Below, in pieces: positions 61,570 through 64,000 of a DNA stretch of 64,000 nt (position 1 is the stretch's first letter; each line of letters opens with the position of its first letter). The notes beneath the pieces are model-generated. The model was given only the letters and a program-made list of their open reading frames with translations, was not told where the DNA came from and made no database searches. This DNA comes from Antedon mediterranea (taxonomy: Eukaryota; Animalia; Echinodermata): positions 39,482,388 through 39,546,387 of the forward strand of contig NC_092670.1 in NCBI RefSeq assembly GCF_964355755.1. Reading direction: 5' to 3'. The position numbers and the translations under genes are program-made.

Positions 61570-64000
61570 ATGGATGAAAACAACCAGAAGGGAACAGCAA
61601 ATGATATATGGCTTAAGAGATCAGATTTGCAACAAGAGGATGATGCTACAGAAAATACAGCATTAAATGAAGAGGAGGGGCCAGAAGAGGAGGGGCCATG
61701 GTATAGACGGCCTGGTTTCAAGGTGGTTGAGCAAGGAGTTGAGCCAGATGCTGCGGATGGTGCAGGACATGATGATAATGTCGAATCAGGTAGGAAGATT
61801 TAAAAACGAGGCAAGGAGGTTGGTAGCAAGATTTGAAAAGGTGGCAGGGTTGGTTGTGACATTTTAAAATAAATGCTACTGTATATACAGTGTGTATTGG
61901 TGTTGCCTTTTTTTTCTAAATTATGGATCTGCAATTTTTTTAATTTGAAATGTGCAGTTTATTTTAAATTACTTTTCCATGAACAAATGTATATTTGAGT
62001 CATAAAAAATGTAAGCTTTGTTTGAATGAAGGTTAGCTAAGTTTAAGTTGAGGCCAACATTTCCTTCTGACTAAAAAACAACAATTGGGCAGTTATAATA
62101 GTACAGGTTAATTGAGGTTTTTTAAGTTCAAGTAACAGTATGATCATCCATCCATAAAATCTCAGCTTACATAGTAAGTGTACCTTAATTGAGAAACCTC
62201 TTTCTCAATAGTTTAACAAAATATTTCCACACAATACCCATCTTCCTCTTGGCACTGCTCAGGAGCCCCCATAAGCTCCGGGCCCCTGGGTTTAACCAGT
62301 GAGCGCTCATAGCCATTATGCCGCTGGTCTCCCGTAAAGGCTATCCAAAAATCTGTATGGACAGATTCAGAAAGTGTTTTTATTGCTAACATAAAATTTT
62401 GTCCAAATATTCAATAAAACGACTGACATTGATAAGTAGTATCCCTCTATTATAAGTCTAAAAAGCTGATAAATACTATCAATATCAAGTTGATTACCTC
62501 TTATCATGTATGGTAGCTACTAGACCATGTAAATGACAATTTTATCTTGTCTAGGTGCATTATTGTACCAATACATGATAAACGTTAGCCAATCAGAACA
62601 GAGCTGAGGTCGTGTAAGCCACAGGCATAGATGGTTAAACTCCATTATACTTTTGAACAGAACTCTGATATGTTATTTTATCAACAAGTAACATGTCAGT
62701 CATGTTGATGTTTAGCATTAATGTATGTTTGATATCAATAATTGACACGTTTATGACCACACGACAGGTGTCAATCATGCCGCCTAAAATGTTATTTTTA
62801 ACACTGTTGGTTGTGTGTCAAATTTGAGTAGCAGCCAAATAATAAGCTCTGTCTACACTATCAAACTAGTTTGACATAAAAGTGTGATGTGCCCATATAT
62901 GGTAGTGATATAACATCATCATTCCCGTATATGGGCACATCACATTTTTTTGTCACATAAAGTTTGATAGTGTAGACAAGGCTTTCTCTTACTTGCCACT
63001 CCAGAAAAGGAGCATGTAAAAGCGTAACAAAAACCAAAAATTCCTGTTAGTTTTATACACAATATAATTCAACTTTCAATATAAGAATAATTATCATAAG
63101 ATGTGTTTTGTTTTAGTTGCAAGCTCCGGGAGGTGTTCAAATTTACAAGATTGGCTTCACAGCAATGCATTTCTTATCTACTGTAGCCAAGCCTTATCTT
63201 CATGGGTATGTTGTTGTTAGTGATAAATTTATATAGATACAAAAACACTTGTTATACAAAATGTGTAATGCAGATTCAGTGAGCACCACAACTGCAACAG
63301 AGCAATGCTTACCAAGATTATCCTGCAAGACGACTATAATAATCCCTAGAACATTTTTCTAATTAAATTTAATTAATTTATTATGTATCATTTATTCATA
63401 TTTTTATGTAATCTTCGGCCAGCCTCATTAGATTCACTCACTCCATGGTTCTGGTGGTAGAACGAGTCTTCTCGGATAAGGACTATAAACCGTAGGTCCA
63501 GTGTACACAACTTGCTTGTGTGCACTTTAAAGAACCTAGTACATCTTTCGAGACGAGTAGGGGGTTACCCCGGTGTATTAGTACATCACAGCCACTGATC
63601 ACCAACTGGGCCCTCTGGGAGACCAGTCTTTGACTGAAGAGGTCACCCAGTATAAATATATATTTCAATCAATATTCTTGTTTAAACAGCGCATAGAGAC
63701 TATTTATATTTTGCGCTATACAAATTTAAAACCATTAATCAATCTTTTTCCAATACAAGTATTTTACTCTCATTTATTTTATTTTATTTTATTTAGTATT
63801 AAAAACTTATAGAACAATTCTGAAAGTATTATATAAACAGCTATATTAAGGCTTATCTTTTAGTTATTGAGAATTTAACACACATCTTCTATGTTAACCA
63901 ATATTTAAACTATGTAAGATTAAATTGGATTTTTTTTTTAGGGAGATCGGATGTGGTCTTTTGGAGTTGCGCTCTACTTAGTACAGTTTGAAGACGGCCT
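61570..64000 (+). CDS. SLC40A1: Ferroportin (solute carrier family 40 member 1), 5' part
   Basis: Exons 61570-61789, 63117-63205 and 63942 to window end join in frame: acidic N-terminus, then ..FLIYCSQALSSW|GDRMWSFGVALYLVQFEDG, matching ferroportin TM1 (human YLGHSLSTWGDRMWHFAV). Confidence 0.9.
62845..62983. mobile_element. Harbinger-type MITE (abundant family)
   Basis: Family TIRs. Confidence 0.85.
63415..63660 (+). mobile_element. Deu-core SINE, 5'-degenerate copy
   Basis: Matches the core and tail of the 13120-13405 family. Confidence 0.8.

Noticed and set aside
61878-62045. Iron-responsive element in ferroportin (CAGTGT at about 61888; GTTAGCTAAGTT at about 62032)
   Set aside because: Both are intronic and downstream of the ATG; the first lacks the C bulge and proper stem, the second lacks its 5' half.

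Overview
AT-rich, intron-rich animal genomic DNA, probably from an invertebrate deuterostome such as an echinoderm (inferred from Deu-domain SINEs and gene content). I reconstructed seven spliced protein-coding genes by hand with GT-AG junctions and phase checks: the 3' end of an unidentified gene (+), RPL11 (-), DRC1 (+), a LYPD6/LYPD6B-like Ly6/uPAR gene (-), an RDH/SDR9C-type dehydrogenase (+), ARPC2 (-) and the 5' part of ferroportin SLC40A1 (+). RPL11/DRC1 and ARPC2/SLC40A1 are tight head-to-head pairs. An H/ACA snoRNA candidate lies in RPL11 intron 2. Non-coding DNA is crowded with non-autonomous DNA transposons (about 20 copies of one Harbinger MITE, plus hAT, Kolobok, piggyBac, Tc2/pogo-like and Ginger-like elements), Deu-domain SINEs and tandem repeats. 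The most unusual signals are: five 14-35 bp CA..ATG mini-inserts, each with an exact 7-bp target duplication, resembling P-element excision footprints; a 195-bp satellite built entirely of alternating palindromes; and a Ginger-like element carrying 20 TTGCGCAA (C/EBP-type) sites beside a probable promoter. Most ORFs in the supplied track are single exons, antisense shadows or repeat artefacts.
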